A stretch of 32,822 nt of DNA from Ignisphaera sp. GTDB taxonomy: Archaea; Thermoproteota; Thermoprotei_A; Sulfolobales; Ignisphaeraceae. The notes under the pieces were generated by a model. It did no database searches and was not told where the DNA came from. It saw only the letters and a program-made list of their open reading frames with translations. How positions within the stretch are numbered: position 1 is the stretch's first letter; every line of letters begins with the position of its first letter. The position numbers and the translations under genes were made by a program. Of the stretch, positions 1 through 9,631 are shown piece by piece. The stretch covers positions 1 to 32,822 of the forward strand of contig JAWAHS010000008.1 in assembly GCA_038889075.1 (NCBI GenBank). The letters run 5' to 3'.

Positions 1-187
1 CAGCTGGATGTACATATGTTCATCCATTTAAGGGAGATGCTATGGTCTATTGATAGGTAAATAAAAAGACGAAGAATGTGGATCTACTAAACATATCCGT
101 GTTACGGTGTTGGGGATGTGTATGGCTAGTAGCCATCTTTGATATGTACAGCCTATCTTTAACCATAGTTATTCGGTATCTCTATCC

Positions 188-676
188 CTATCTGCCTACC
201 ACTCCTATCTCAACCAGCCATCTATGGACTCTATCTTTGAGGTTTCCTCTTCCACCTCCATAGACTACAAATGGTTGTAAGATCTTTGCATTGGGGCATA
301 GCTTCTTAAGATCATCTAGCATCCTCTGTAGACCTCCACCTCCATGTGTAAAGAAGGGTGCAATTGTTTTTCCAGAAAGGTTGTACTGGGATAGAAATGA
401 GGTAATAGGTGGTGCTATTGTTCCCCACCAGTTGGGGGAGCCGATAAACACTGTACCGTAGGTCTCTATTTTTTCTATTTTTGTCTTTAGAGGAGGTCTG
501 TATCCGGACTGTATCTCTCTTTTTGCACGCTCTAAGGTTGCATTATATGACTTAGGATAGGGCTCCTCTGGCTCAAGCTCAACAATATCTCCTCCTACAA
601 TTTCATGGATTATCCTCGCTACCTTTCGAGTATTACCAGACCAGCTATAGTATACAATAAGGGTTTGATCCACCAT
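188..676 (-). CDS. Flavodoxin (Flavodoxin_4-type)
   Basis: FMN phosphate-binding loop YYSWSGNTRKVA, plus FIGSPNWWGTIAPP and FFTHGGGG motifs; 162 aa. Confidence 0.9.
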   Translation of the reverse strand: MVDQTLIVYYSWSGNTRKVARIIHEIVGGDIVELEPEEPYPKSYNATLERAKREIQSGYRPPLKTKIEKIETYGTVFIGSPNWWGTIAPPITSFLSQYNLSGKTIAPFFTHGGGGLQRMLDDLKKLCPNAKILQPFVVYGGGRGNLKDRVHRWLVEIGVVGR

Positions 677-1377
677 ATAAACCCCCTACATGCTTATCTT
701 AGAAGGCTTCCAGTATTTAAAGATTCTACATGCTGTGGATCTATCATTCTCTAATCATTCTAAGCACTAAGACATCCCATTATTAGCGGTACTGTTCTAG
801 ATTACAGCTATAACGAGTGGTGATGCTGATGCCATCTCGTGCCCTGTGGTACAGAGTATAGAGCTATTGCTATTGTAGATGCCGTCTTCAGATTGATCCC
901 ACTCCTCTACAGAACCACATTGTATGCATTGATACAGAGTATGATGAAGAGTTTTATCCTAAACAGAATGTTTTGGTCTACCGATTAGTTCCATTTTTAA
1001 TGGCTAGCATCTTACATTAAGGATGGTAGCTAGCACTATTTTGTACACTTATACGCTCTGTTTCTCTAGTAATGCGCCTCTGCAAATCCATAGCCATTGA
1101 ATAGTACGCTAAGCTTTATCAGCTCATCTACAGCTCTGCTTCTCTTACCATATAGGATGTGGAGATAGAGATATGGAGGAAGGTTTTACAGATCTAGAAT
1201 CTAGAAGATTGGCGTATCTATGGCAGCTCTCTACTATAGTACTTTACCAATCTAAACTATCGGGTTTTTCACCAATATCAGTAACATCTAGATTCGACGT
1301 AGTGCCACTAATAGCTGAACAGTATTTAAGAAAACTGCTAATTTTATTAGATTCCAGTAGGCTCTATTGGTGTCTCT

Positions 1378-2154
1378 ATGTCTATGGATGGCTGTATTGA
1401 AGATCTGCGCTTTATAGAGTTCGACGGCTTTAGACTTGCCTCAACTATACATAGACCGGCTATAGCTACATCATCTGCTGTTTTAATGCTTCACGGTTTT
1501 ACAGGCAATAGAATTGAGGTCAATAGGCTGTATGTTGATATTGCTAGAAGGCTGTGTAGTGAGGGTATGGCTGTACTCAGACTTGACTATAGAGGCCACG
1601 GTGAGAGTTCTCTACCATTTGAGGAGTTTAAGATCGGCTATGCATTGGAGGATGGTGGAAAGGCTCTAGAGGTGTTACAGAAGCTGTTTAATCCAGTAAG
1701 GATAGGTGTTGTTGGATTTAGCCTTGGTGGATATGTAGCAATACACCTTGCATCAAGATATAGGGGAGCCATCTCTTCACTAGCCCTACTAGCACCTGGA
1801 ATAAAAATGGATGAACTTGCTACAGAATTGGCTAGAAAGCTATCCTTGGAGGGAGACTTCTATATTGTTAGAGCTTTGAAGATTAGGAGAGAGGGTATAG
1901 AATCGATGATTAGAAGCCCAAGTGCAATGATATACGCAGACACAGTAGATATACCTGTATTGATAATACATGCAAAAAATGATTCAGCTGTACCCTATAT
2001 ACATTCAATAGAATTCTATGAAAAGATTAGGTCGCAGAAAAAGAGGATTGTAATTCTAGATGAGGGTGGCCATACATTTGAGCTACACCACATAAGAGAT
2101 AGGGTTATAGAGGAGGTTGTAGCATGGTTTAGAGAAACCCTCCTATATACATAG
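1378..2154 (+). CDS. Alpha/beta-fold hydrolase (esterase/peptidase-like)
   Basis: LHGFTG oxyanion segment, DYRGHGES, nucleophile elbow GFSLGG, and Asp (KNDSAV) and His (GGHTF) triad positions. Confidence 0.9.
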   Translation: MSMDGCIEDLRFIEFDGFRLASTIHRPAIATSSAVLMLHGFTGNRIEVNRLYVDIARRLCSEGMAVLRLDYRGHGESSLPFEEFKIGYALEDGGKALEVLQKLFNPVRIGVVGFSLGGYVAIHLASRYRGAISSLALLAPGIKMDELATELARKLSLEGDFYIVRALKIRREGIESMIRSPSAMIYADTVDIPVLIIHAKNDSAVPYIHSIEFYEKIRSQKKRIVILDEGGHTFELHHIRDRVIEEVVAWFRETLLYT

Positions 2155-2438
2155 AGCTCGCACCATAAATTATGAAGTACTTTGATGTCCGAACCCTACA
2201 CCCTCCATCCAATCAATGATATCCCTTGGATGGATTATAGGATCCCACCTCTGGCTATCTCCTCCCTCTATACACCCAGGGGATGCTGGTAGCTCTATAG
2301 GCATTCTAGGATTTATAGACGTATACTATGTATAGAACGACTCTAGCTGAGAAGGGTATCCCGAGATCCGGCAGTAAAGCTTAATTATAATGCTAGCTTT
2401 TCTTCCTTCTGTTACCACAGCCTGTAGGTGAATCCACC

Positions 2439-3005
2439 TTGCTGACTAGGGAGGAGGCTTTAGCTCTACTACATAGGTATCTAAAGGATGAAAAGATGGT
2501 TAAGCACTGTATAGCTGTTGAGGCTATTATGCGCTCTCTAGCCAAGAGGTTTGGTGAAGATGAGGCTCTATGGGGTTTGATAGGCCTTCTACACGATATC
2601 GACTACGACTATGTTGGGAGGGATATGGCTAGACACGGTCTGGAAGCTCTAAATATTCTAGGTGATAGTGGACTTCCCCGCGAGGCTCTAGAAGCTATAG
2701 CTGGACACAACGAACATAATGGATTTAGAGCTGTGGATGAGAAGGCTATAAGAATTTTACATGCTCTTAGAGCATCAGATCACGCCTCCGGATTGGTTAT
2801 AGCTACTGCGCTTGTAATGCCTAGCAGAAAGCTTTCTGAGGTGAAGCCTGCAACACTTCTAAGGAAGTTTAAGGCTAAGGACTTTGCCAGAGGCGTTGAT
2901 AGGGAGAGGATTAGAGAGGTAGAGCTTCTCGGTATAGGTCTAGAGGAATTTCTATCACTTTCACTAGAAGCACTCCAGAAGATATCGGATGAGCTAAGCC
3001 TATAA
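2439..3005 (+). CDS. HD-superfamily (HDIG-type) metal-dependent phosphohydrolase
   Basis: KHCIAVE...GLLHDID motif, H-x-x-H (GHNEH) and KDFARGVDRE C-terminal signature; GGTGA RBS upstream of the TTG start. Confidence 0.88.
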   Translation: MLTREEALALLHRYLKDEKMVKHCIAVEAIMRSLAKRFGEDEALWGLIGLLHDIDYDYVGRDMARHGLEALNILGDSGLPREALEAIAGHNEHNGFRAVDEKAIRILHALRASDHASGLVIATALVMPSRKLSEVKPATLLRKFKAKDFARGVDRERIREVELLGIGLEEFLSLSLEALQKISDELSL

Positions 3006-3134
3006 CGATGGAACCCCTCCGTGATCCGGCTAACCATCTCCCTACTAGGGTTTGGTAGCTGTTTCTTTTCTCTAGGTTTTTTGTATGTCTCTCTAGGGTG
3101 TTTGGAGCTCTTGGTGTGATTGGGTTAGGCAAGG

Positions 3135-3142
3135 TTTATAAA
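3135..3142 (+). promoter_or_regulatory. Archaeal TATA box upstream of the candidate ncRNA
   Basis: TTTATAAA inside the palindrome GGTTTATAAACC, about 25 nt before a GC-rich structured segment, with no convincing protein start downstream. Confidence 0.55.
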
Positions 3143-3166
3143 CCAATGGGTGCATATAGATGCTCT

Positions 3167-3280
3167 GGTGACCCTGGGTTTCCGAGACCCACGGCAGACC
3201 GTGGGGAGGGGGCTCAGGGAAACCGTGATGACCCACCCCAGGAAAACCTACAGAAACCTTGGAACGGGAAACGGTTCTAC
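3167..3280 (+). ncRNA. Candidate structured small RNA (long hairpin with K-turn-like motif; omegaRNA/H-ACA-like, unassigned)
   Basis: GC-rich island in an AT-rich intergenic region. Nested helices GGTTTCC/GGAAACC, GAG/CTC and CCCACGG-CAGA-CCGTGGG; C-box-like GTGATGA at 3225-3231; 3' hairpin GAAC..GAAA..GTTC. Confidence 0.5.
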
Positions 3281-3364
3281 AAAATATACAGAATGTTTTG
3301 CCCAGTGATGTACTAGTTTCATCTTGTTCAACTTTATATACTCTTCTAGAGCCTTTAGCCTAAG

Positions 3365-4216
3365 GTGGCTGTATTGGCTAGAGATATCAAGTGTTTTAGA
3401 AATATAGGCTGTGTATCATCCATAGGCATGGGGACCTGGGGCATAGGGGGAGGATTTTGGGAGCCCGACTATAGATTCGATAGAGAGTGGATAGAGGTTC
3501 TTAGAAGGGGACTCGAGCTGGGGCTAAACCTTATAGATACAGCAGAGATGTATGGTGGTGGACATAGCGAGGAGATTGTTGGACAGGCTATAAAGGGTTT
3601 TAAAAGAGATGAAATTGTTATAGCTACAAAGGTTTGGCAGACAAATGCATCGTATGAAAATGTTCTAAAGTCGGCTAGAAGGAGTATGGAGAGACTCGGT
3701 ACATATATAGATATATACCTCCTCCACTGGCCAAGCGAATCGATACCTATATGTGAAACTATAAAGGCTTTTGAGAAGCTTGTAGACGATGGGGCTATAA
3801 GGGTTTTCGGCCTAAGCAACTTCGACGTTGATGGTATTAAGCAGGCTAGGGAGTGCTGCAGGAAGTACGACATTGCTGTAGTGCAGAATCGCTTCAGCCT
3901 TATACACAGAGATGACGAAAGAGCGGTTATACCATATATCCAGACTGAGGGGCTGATGTACATGGCCTATACCCCGATAGAAAGGGGAGCTCTTACCCAA
4001 GACACCTATCTAGCTGAGGTGGGTAGAAAATACGGAAAAACGGCTACACAAGTTGCACTAAACTGGCTTATATCCATAGAAAACGTCGTGCCGATACCCA
4101 AGACATCAAATCTCAAACACCTTGAGGAAAACATTGATGCTCTCGGCTGGAGGCTTGAGAGAGAAGATTGGGAGAAGATATCCATCGAATTCCTAAAGAG
4201 GATATACAAAATATAG
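3365..4216 (+). CDS. Aldo/keto reductase
   Basis: IGMGTWG, IDTAEMYG, IATKV, YLLHWP, GLSNF and IPKTS motifs. TTTATATA TATA box at about 3333; the true start may be the TTG at 3374. Confidence 0.95.
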   Translation: MAVLARDIKCFRNIGCVSSIGMGTWGIGGGFWEPDYRFDREWIEVLRRGLELGLNLIDTAEMYGGGHSEEIVGQAIKGFKRDEIVIATKVWQTNASYENVLKSARRSMERLGTYIDIYLLHWPSESIPICETIKAFEKLVDDGAIRVFGLSNFDVDGIKQARECCRKYDIAVVQNRFSLIHRDDERAVIPYIQTEGLMYMAYTPIERGALTQDTYLAEVGRKYGKTATQVALNWLISIENVVPIPKTSNLKHLEENIDALGWRLEREDWEKISIEFLKRIYKI

Positions 4217-4416
4217 CTATAGGTACTATTCATCTAAAGATCCGATGCAGTAACATGTAAAATGCTTATGCAAGCTATACTACTCTTCATAGATGGATTG
4301 GAACTGGATATGGAAGGGCTAACAACCGTTAGCGGTTAAGTACAGGGATCTTTAAAATAATGTTAGAAGAATTTTCGACTCTAGAGTAGATTGAGATAAG
4401 AGGTATCCAGCTGGCC

Positions 4417-5457
4417 ATGGCCATTGAATGCATGTTGAGGCTACAGGGCTATGAGACTTGCGGCTGTGTTGTAGAGACCTATACCGGTTTTGACCGTCCT
4501 TGTAGAGCTGGGCTTAGGTTTACTAGCGGTGAGATCTATCGGCTTATATATGATGTGGTGCTGTCTAGACCTGAAGACTATCTATCAATATATCAGAGTG
4601 GATGTAACCATAATTGTCTGAAATGCCATAGCTGGTACTTTGCCCAAAGAATTAATGGTTACTGGGCCTCGCCGAGGGATATTCTTGAAGAAGTTCTGAG
4701 GTATAGAGGGATTGTAACTGTTTGGGAGCCTAGGGAGAGGGCAACAATGTGGCATGCATCGGATCTCTGTGCCCACTGTGGATTATGTGTTGCTGGTGGT
4801 AGAAGGGGGCTGTTCTGCCCTGGTAGGCTAAAGTCTGAGCAGATTCTTCTGTCTCGCCAAGGATGGGGCCCTGCAAGAAACATAGTCTCCTTCACTGGTG
4901 GAGACCTCTACTGCCAGCCCAGCTTCTATACCAAGACATTTGGATTGGTGAAGCGTGAGGCTCCTGATATGTGGATACATATAGAGACCAACGGCTATGG
5001 TCTAACGCCGAAGAACCTTGAGCTTCTCTATGAGGCTGGGCTGGACTCTGTATGGCTTGATATGAAGGCCTTTGATGGAGATAGGTATAGAGCTCTGTGT
5101 GGAACGTCGAATAGGTGGATTTTAGATCTACCAGTGCTTTTAAAGGATATGGGGATGCTGTTTGAGGTGGTCCTCCTATATATACCAACACTGGTTGAGG
5201 TAGACCAGATAGAGAAGTTTGCAGAACATCTTTCTAGAATAGATAGGTCTATACCTGTTATGCTTTTAGCCTTCTTTCCAGAGTATAGGCTATCCCATCT
5301 CCGGACACCTACTACTGAAGAGATGCTTACAGCATACAGTATCTTGAGGAGCAAGCTACACAATGTAAAGGTGGGAAATGTAACTGTCTTCTGTAAAACA
5401 ATTGAGTGCATTCGAGGCCTTATCGACACAGTAGGTAGGGATGCTGTATCACTCTAA
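4417..5457 (+). CDS. Radical SAM protein (PFL-activase/AmmeMemoRadiSam-like) with extra Cys clusters
   Basis: GCNHNCLKCHS (CxxxCxxC), SFTGGD, IETNG and WLDMK motifs; inserted CAHCGLC-x10-C. Confidence 0.85.
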   Translation: MAIECMLRLQGYETCGCVVETYTGFDRPCRAGLRFTSGEIYRLIYDVVLSRPEDYLSIYQSGCNHNCLKCHSWYFAQRINGYWASPRDILEEVLRYRGIVTVWEPRERATMWHASDLCAHCGLCVAGGRRGLFCPGRLKSEQILLSRQGWGPARNIVSFTGGDLYCQPSFYTKTFGLVKREAPDMWIHIETNGYGLTPKNLELLYEAGLDSVWLDMKAFDGDRYRALCGTSNRWILDLPVLLKDMGMLFEVVLLYIPTLVEVDQIEKFAEHLSRIDRSIPVMLLAFFPEYRLSHLRTPTTEEMLTAYSILRSKLHNVKVGNVTVFCKTIECIRGLIDTVGRDAVSL

Positions 5458-5541
5458 ACACGATTCGTACCAACAACATTTACTGAGCTGTAACGGTATA
5501 GCACCTAGACAGAATGTGGTAGTATAACACAGTGTTTCCAG

Positions 5542-6162
5542 TCAGATGCTCTGTGCTACCATTTTTCTAAGCTCTTCTAGATAGCCATATACACTCTCTT
5601 CCCTAGCCCTCTCCTCCAGGTACCCTAAATCAATTCTATCCTTCCACACAGTATAGAGCCATAGAGCCTTGTCCCTATCCTCAGTTGCACCCCAGAACTT
5701 CCAGCCAGCTAGGTACGTTACAATAAGCTCCTCCACAGTCTCTACATAGAGATAGAGCTCCCCCACTACAATCTTGGTTGGCTGAGCAGGTTTTGTATAC
5801 ACCGTTGATACAATGTCTATAGATTTGAGCTGGAGCAGCTCGTATTTAGGTAAATACCCTCTGCCAATGCTCTCAGAAAACCTCTTTAGAAAGAGTTCTA
5901 TGGCTTCTCTAGCCCCTGTACCCTCGACAATTATATCGACATCCATGGTTCTATAGACTCTGCCAGTATAGACCTCTACAGCAAAACCCCCCGTTAGTAT
6001 GATCCTTCCAAGACCTCTATCGATCAATTCCCTATTTAGCCAGGCTAGAAAGTATAGATACCTTCTACCCTCATCAGCAATCTGGGCAAGCCTAGGCAGA
6101 ACATCACTATGGAAAACTCTGTACAGCTCCTCAACGACACACTCAATACTACTACACAACAC
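5542..6162 (-). CDS. Nucleotidyltransferase-fold protein (DUF6036/AbiEii-like)
   Basis: ILTGGFAVEVY...RTMDVD (GG..DxD Pol-beta-type NTase motif) and C-terminal D-x-D-K-A. Confidence 0.7.
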   Translation of the reverse strand: MLCSSIECVVEELYRVFHSDVLPRLAQIADEGRRYLYFLAWLNRELIDRGLGRIILTGGFAVEVYTGRVYRTMDVDIIVEGTGAREAIELFLKRFSESIGRGYLPKYELLQLKSIDIVSTVYTKPAQPTKIVVGELYLYVETVEELIVTYLAGWKFWGATEDRDKALWLYTVWKDRIDLGYLEERAREESVYGYLEELRKMVAQSI

Positions 6163-6194
6163 ACATCTCCCTAGCTAGGATATCTCTACAGAAT

Positions 6195-6383
6195 CTAAAT
6201 CTCTACCTCTAGAACTCTCTTAAAACCATCCCAGCAAACTACTCTTATATAGGATTCGGCAAGCTCCTTTGCAATTAGCCCAAGCTTAACAGAGTCTTCA
6301 ACGCCTCTCCTAGTTGTTCTATATCTACCTCGTAAAAGATAAGACAGCTTATACACTATTCTAAACGCATCTCGGTTAGCCAT
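6195..6383 (-). CDS. Small basic hypothetical protein, probable partner of the downstream NTase
   Basis: Co-oriented and 32 bp upstream of the NTase gene. GAGG-containing RBS before the ATG at 6383 (MANRDAF..., 62 aa); the ORF track start at 6440 is probably too long. Confidence 0.55.
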   Translation of the reverse strand: MANRDAFRIVYKLSYLLRGRYRTTRRGVEDSVKLGLIAKELAESYIRVVCWDGFKRVLEVEI

Positions 6384-6893
6384 GGATATACCCTCTGCCT
6401 CCAGCCATATAGTAGAACGCCGTGCAAAAATTGTTTGCACTATCTTCTTTCCACGAGAGGTATTAAATTTTTACCTACTATTCCAATACAGAGTAGCATT
6501 TTATAGAATGTAGATGGATTCCGATACACATTGATATTCTATTTAAAACAACAGTTAAAGAAAATGCACCTTTAGAACAATAAATTAGAGAATCTACTGT
6601 AGCTAAAAGCCCTAGTCTTTAGAAATGGTGAAGAATTGGCTGAAGGCTTGCAAATACAGGTAAATAATCCCTATAGCAGTAGCAATGTTTGTGTAGTAGG
6701 CTAGAAACCTGTAGATGCTCTATAACTGCATAGTGAAAAATTGAGTGGATTGTGGAGGAGGTTCCATCTTTCATTTAAGATGCTTGTATATTGGCTGGGA
6801 GTTTCAAGAATATGGTACAGTAGTGCAGTTGGGTAAAAATGTAGCAGATACTATAAATAGTGATTTGCTATCTGTATAGCATGTTGCAAACCC

Positions 6894-8099
6894 TTATGCC
6901 TGCTGTAAACATCTACATCTATAGAATAGATATAGAGATGCTGTACCTAGGATGGTTAGTAGTGCTATAGCCATTGGGAAGAGGGGTGTATAGCTCTTAA
7001 AGCTATCTTTAATGAACCCTGTAAGGGCTGTACCTGTAAATACTGCTGTAGCGTATCCGGTCATTATGGCTGGCCAACCCAGTGGGTAGTTTCTCGGATC
7101 TGATAGTCTTCTCACCTCTGTTGGGGCTATAACAAGCCATCCACCTAGGTGTATATATAGTATAATTGATGATGCTGTGAATATGTAGGGTGATGGGTAG
7201 AGCCATAGTAGAGCTAGTGCTATAATGGTTAGTAGATATGCGATTGTTGCTGAATATCTAAAGCCCTTTACATCGATAATTCTGCCATAGATAAGCCTAC
7301 CTAAACCATTGAATAGAGCGAATAGAGCCATTAGAAATACCAGTAGATCTGAACTGATTTTAGCTAGCTCAATTCCTATCTGCTTTATGTACCCAACATA
7401 TGAAAGTGGGATGAGTAGACCAGTGAAATAGGCTATCCAGATAATCCAGAAGCACCTCCTAGATAGAATTTCAAGTAGAGCTCCTTTAATATCGGAATGC
7501 CCTCGGCCATCATCTATCCTAGGATTTCTTTTTAGGAGTAGAGCAAGCAATATAGCGAGAAATAGATAGGCTACACCTACAATTCTCAATCCTTGATTAA
7601 ATCCATATCTTCCGATCACATACTCAAACAGAGGTGTAGCGAGAAGGGAGGCTATACCGAAACCAGTCCGTGCAATTCCTATAGCAAGTCCAGGTCTCTC
7701 AGGCATCCACGATGTTGCTATAGGAAGGGTCATACTGTCCATAAGGGCTATACCGAAACCTGTAATGAAAAATAGAATTGAAAATAAGACTATGTTTCTC
7801 TCGACAAAGCTTGCTCCAACAAATCCCAACCCAAATAATACTGACCCCAGATATAGAGGTATCTTCTCCGAACCGAATTTCCTATCGAGAACACCGCCAA
7901 CAATCATAAGATAGCCATATGCACCCAAAGCAGCAAAGTAAGGAAAACCAGCCTCTGCTGTCGATAGATTCCACAGTCTCTGAAGCTCGTAACCAATTAC
8001 ACTATAGGAATAAAATGTACCGCCCAAGAACGTCACTAAGAAGCATAAGGCTAGGTGCAGCCATTTACGGTATCCATGGCCGTTATCTCTACCATCCAT
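6894..8099 (-). CDS. MFS transporter, oxalate/formate antiporter (OFA)/monocarboxylate-like
   Basis: About 12 hydrophobic segments; GGVLDRKFG motif A; WMPERPGLAIGI and FNGLGRLIYGRIID are typical of the OFA family. Confidence 0.85.
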   Translation of the reverse strand: MDGRDNGHGYRKWLHLALCFLVTFLGGTFYSYSVIGYELQRLWNLSTAEAGFPYFAALGAYGYLMIVGGVLDRKFGSEKIPLYLGSVLFGLGFVGASFVERNIVLFSILFFITGFGIALMDSMTLPIATSWMPERPGLAIGIARTGFGIASLLATPLFEYVIGRYGFNQGLRIVGVAYLFLAILLALLLKRNPRIDDGRGHSDIKGALLEILSRRCFWIIWIAYFTGLLIPLSYVGYIKQIGIELAKISSDLLVFLMALFALFNGLGRLIYGRIIDVKGFRYSATIAYLLTIIALALLWLYPSPYIFTASSIILYIHLGGWLVIAPTEVRRLSDPRNYPLGWPAIMTGYATAVFTGTALTGFIKDSFKSYTPLFPMAIALLTILGTASLYLFYRCRCLQQA

Positions 8100-8464
8100 T
8101 GTTTCTCACATTTCTTTGGAAATCTATTGAATACTACGGCTTAATTCCGTAAGCAGTTCTATGGTGAAGTTAAAAAGACTTTCCTTCTACATAGCTATAC
8201 AGCCAGCAGTCTACAATTTCCATCTCAATGAAATATGGTCTAGGGGATGCTGATCTGATTAGCTTGATTGTTATAGATAGTAGAGCATATCACTTTAATA
8301 GAGGTGATATTGATAGGCCGTGTATCGATTTGATCTATTCACAAACCTAATTATTTTTAACCTATTCTCCCGTTCTATTTTTCATCATTTAAATGCCTTG
8401 GTACGTAACTAAGATAATAGTGTAACATATTTTACTTTTAGATTTAGATACAGTATTTACACTG

Positions 8465-9631
8465 CTATATGTTTAGTGCCTGGGATAGGTCTTCTATTAT
8501 ATCATCTGCATTCTCCAGCCCTACAGATAGCCTCACCATATTCTCTGAAATGCCTAGCTTAGCTCTATGCTCAGGCTCTATAAACATCGCACCTGCCTTA
8601 ACTGGTATAACAGCCATGGATTCCGTTCCCCCTAGGCTTGGGCATCTCTTAACTATCTTCAGCTTTTTCATGAAGTTTACAACATCCTGGTACGATCCTT
8701 TTATCTTAAAGCTTACAACTCCTCCAAATAGTGGTTTCTCAAAGATCTTCTTTGCTATATTGTGATATGGGTTGCTCTGCAACCCTGGGTACATGACCTC
8801 CTCAACCCTACTGTGGTTCTCTAGATATTCAGCAACAGCCTTGGCATTACTGCTGTGTTTCTCAAATCTGATTTCAAGGGTCTTCACCCCTCTTAGAATC
8901 ATGTAGGCTTCGAATGGCTGTAGAATTCCTCCGAGCATCCTCCTCCACTCCCATAGAGCAGCAGTATCCCTTCTACATCCAGCTATAGCACCACCAACGG
9001 CATCGTTGTGTCCACCGAAATACTTTGTCATACTGTGTATAACGAGTCTTGCACCGTATTTAACAGGCTTTAGTATAACTGGTGTTGTAAATGTATTATC
9101 TATAACAAGTGCAGTTCTATCCAAATCAATGTGCTTAGATACGTAGTCTATATCTATAATCTTGTTTGTAGGATTCGTCATAACCTCTAGAAACACCATC
9201 GATGTAGTTCTATCGACAGCTTCAGCTATAGCTTCAGCCGATGGCCATACCTTCCTAATCTCTATACCGAGTTTAGGTGCAATGCTGTTGAGTAAAGCAA
9301 ATGTTGAGCTGTAGAGCTCCATAGGTAGAACAATCTTATCACCAGGCTTCAAACTCCATATAAATGCCGTTGACTGTGCCGCCATACCGCTATTAAAGGC
9401 TAGCGCATCCTCTGTAGCTTCAAGTTTAGCAACAACTTTCTCTAGGGCTCTCGTAGTCGGATTTTCTTCTCTTCCATACCTGAGGTAGTTTCCTCTATCT
9501 GTAAATATAGCCTCCCCCAATTCATAGTCTATGTATTCGTACACTACACTGAGGTAGATAGGTGGTATATGCGAACCGATGCCATCCCTATGTCCATGCC
9601 CATGGATAGCATTTGTAGAGAGTCCGGCCAA
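8465..9631 (-). CDS. Cystathionine gamma-synthase/gamma-lyase family PLP enzyme
   Basis: YGREENPT, FNSGMAA, EVMTNPT, IDNTF, PLP-lysine HSMTKYFGGH, SLGGTES and VRLSVGLE motifs. Confidence 0.92.
   Translation of the reverse strand: MAGLSTNAIHGHGHRDGIGSHIPPIYLSVVYEYIDYELGEAIFTDRGNYLRYGREENPTTRALEKVVAKLEATEDALAFNSGMAAQSTAFIWSLKPGDKIVLPMELYSSTFALLNSIAPKLGIEIRKVWPSAEAIAEAVDRTTSMVFLEVMTNPTNKIIDIDYVSKHIDLDRTALVIDNTFTTPVILKPVKYGARLVIHSMTKYFGGHNDAVGGAIAGCRRDTAALWEWRRMLGGILQPFEAYMILRGVKTLEIRFEKHSSNAKAVAEYLENHSRVEEVMYPGLQSNPYHNIAKKIFEKPLFGGVVSFKIKGSYQDVVNFMKKLKIVKRCPSLGGTESMAVIPVKAGAMFIEPEHRAKLGISENMVRLSVGLENADDIIEDLSQALNI

Noticed and set aside
1-60. Possible 3' end of an upstream plus-strand gene
   Set aside because: Two frames are briefly open, but the stretch is too short and neither translation is recognisable.
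780-985. Minus-strand CxxC-containing short frame, and a plus-strand ATGATGA (C box) at 941
   Set aside because: No good start or RBS for the frame; no CTGA D box at normal C/D sRNA spacing.
2340-2380. CTGAGA-containing segment reminiscent of a TPP riboswitch
   Set aside because: Lacks the ATACCC/CTGAT core and supporting helices; the downstream gene is unrelated to thiamine.
3098-3316. 72-aa ORF over the GC-rich segment
   Set aside because: It spans a consensus TATA box, has atypical composition, and is better explained by RNA structure.
6605-6640. Weak resemblance to an IS607/tnpB right end, and a 14-mer (CCTAGTCTTTAGAA) shared with about 15760
   Set aside because: The hairpin is not intact, and a 14-bp match is expected by chance in 33 kb.
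8228-8350. 40-codon ORF (MKYGLGDADL...) and an ATATCAC/GTGATAT inverted repeat
   Set aside because: No recognisable family or RBS; a 7-bp stem is within chance expectation.
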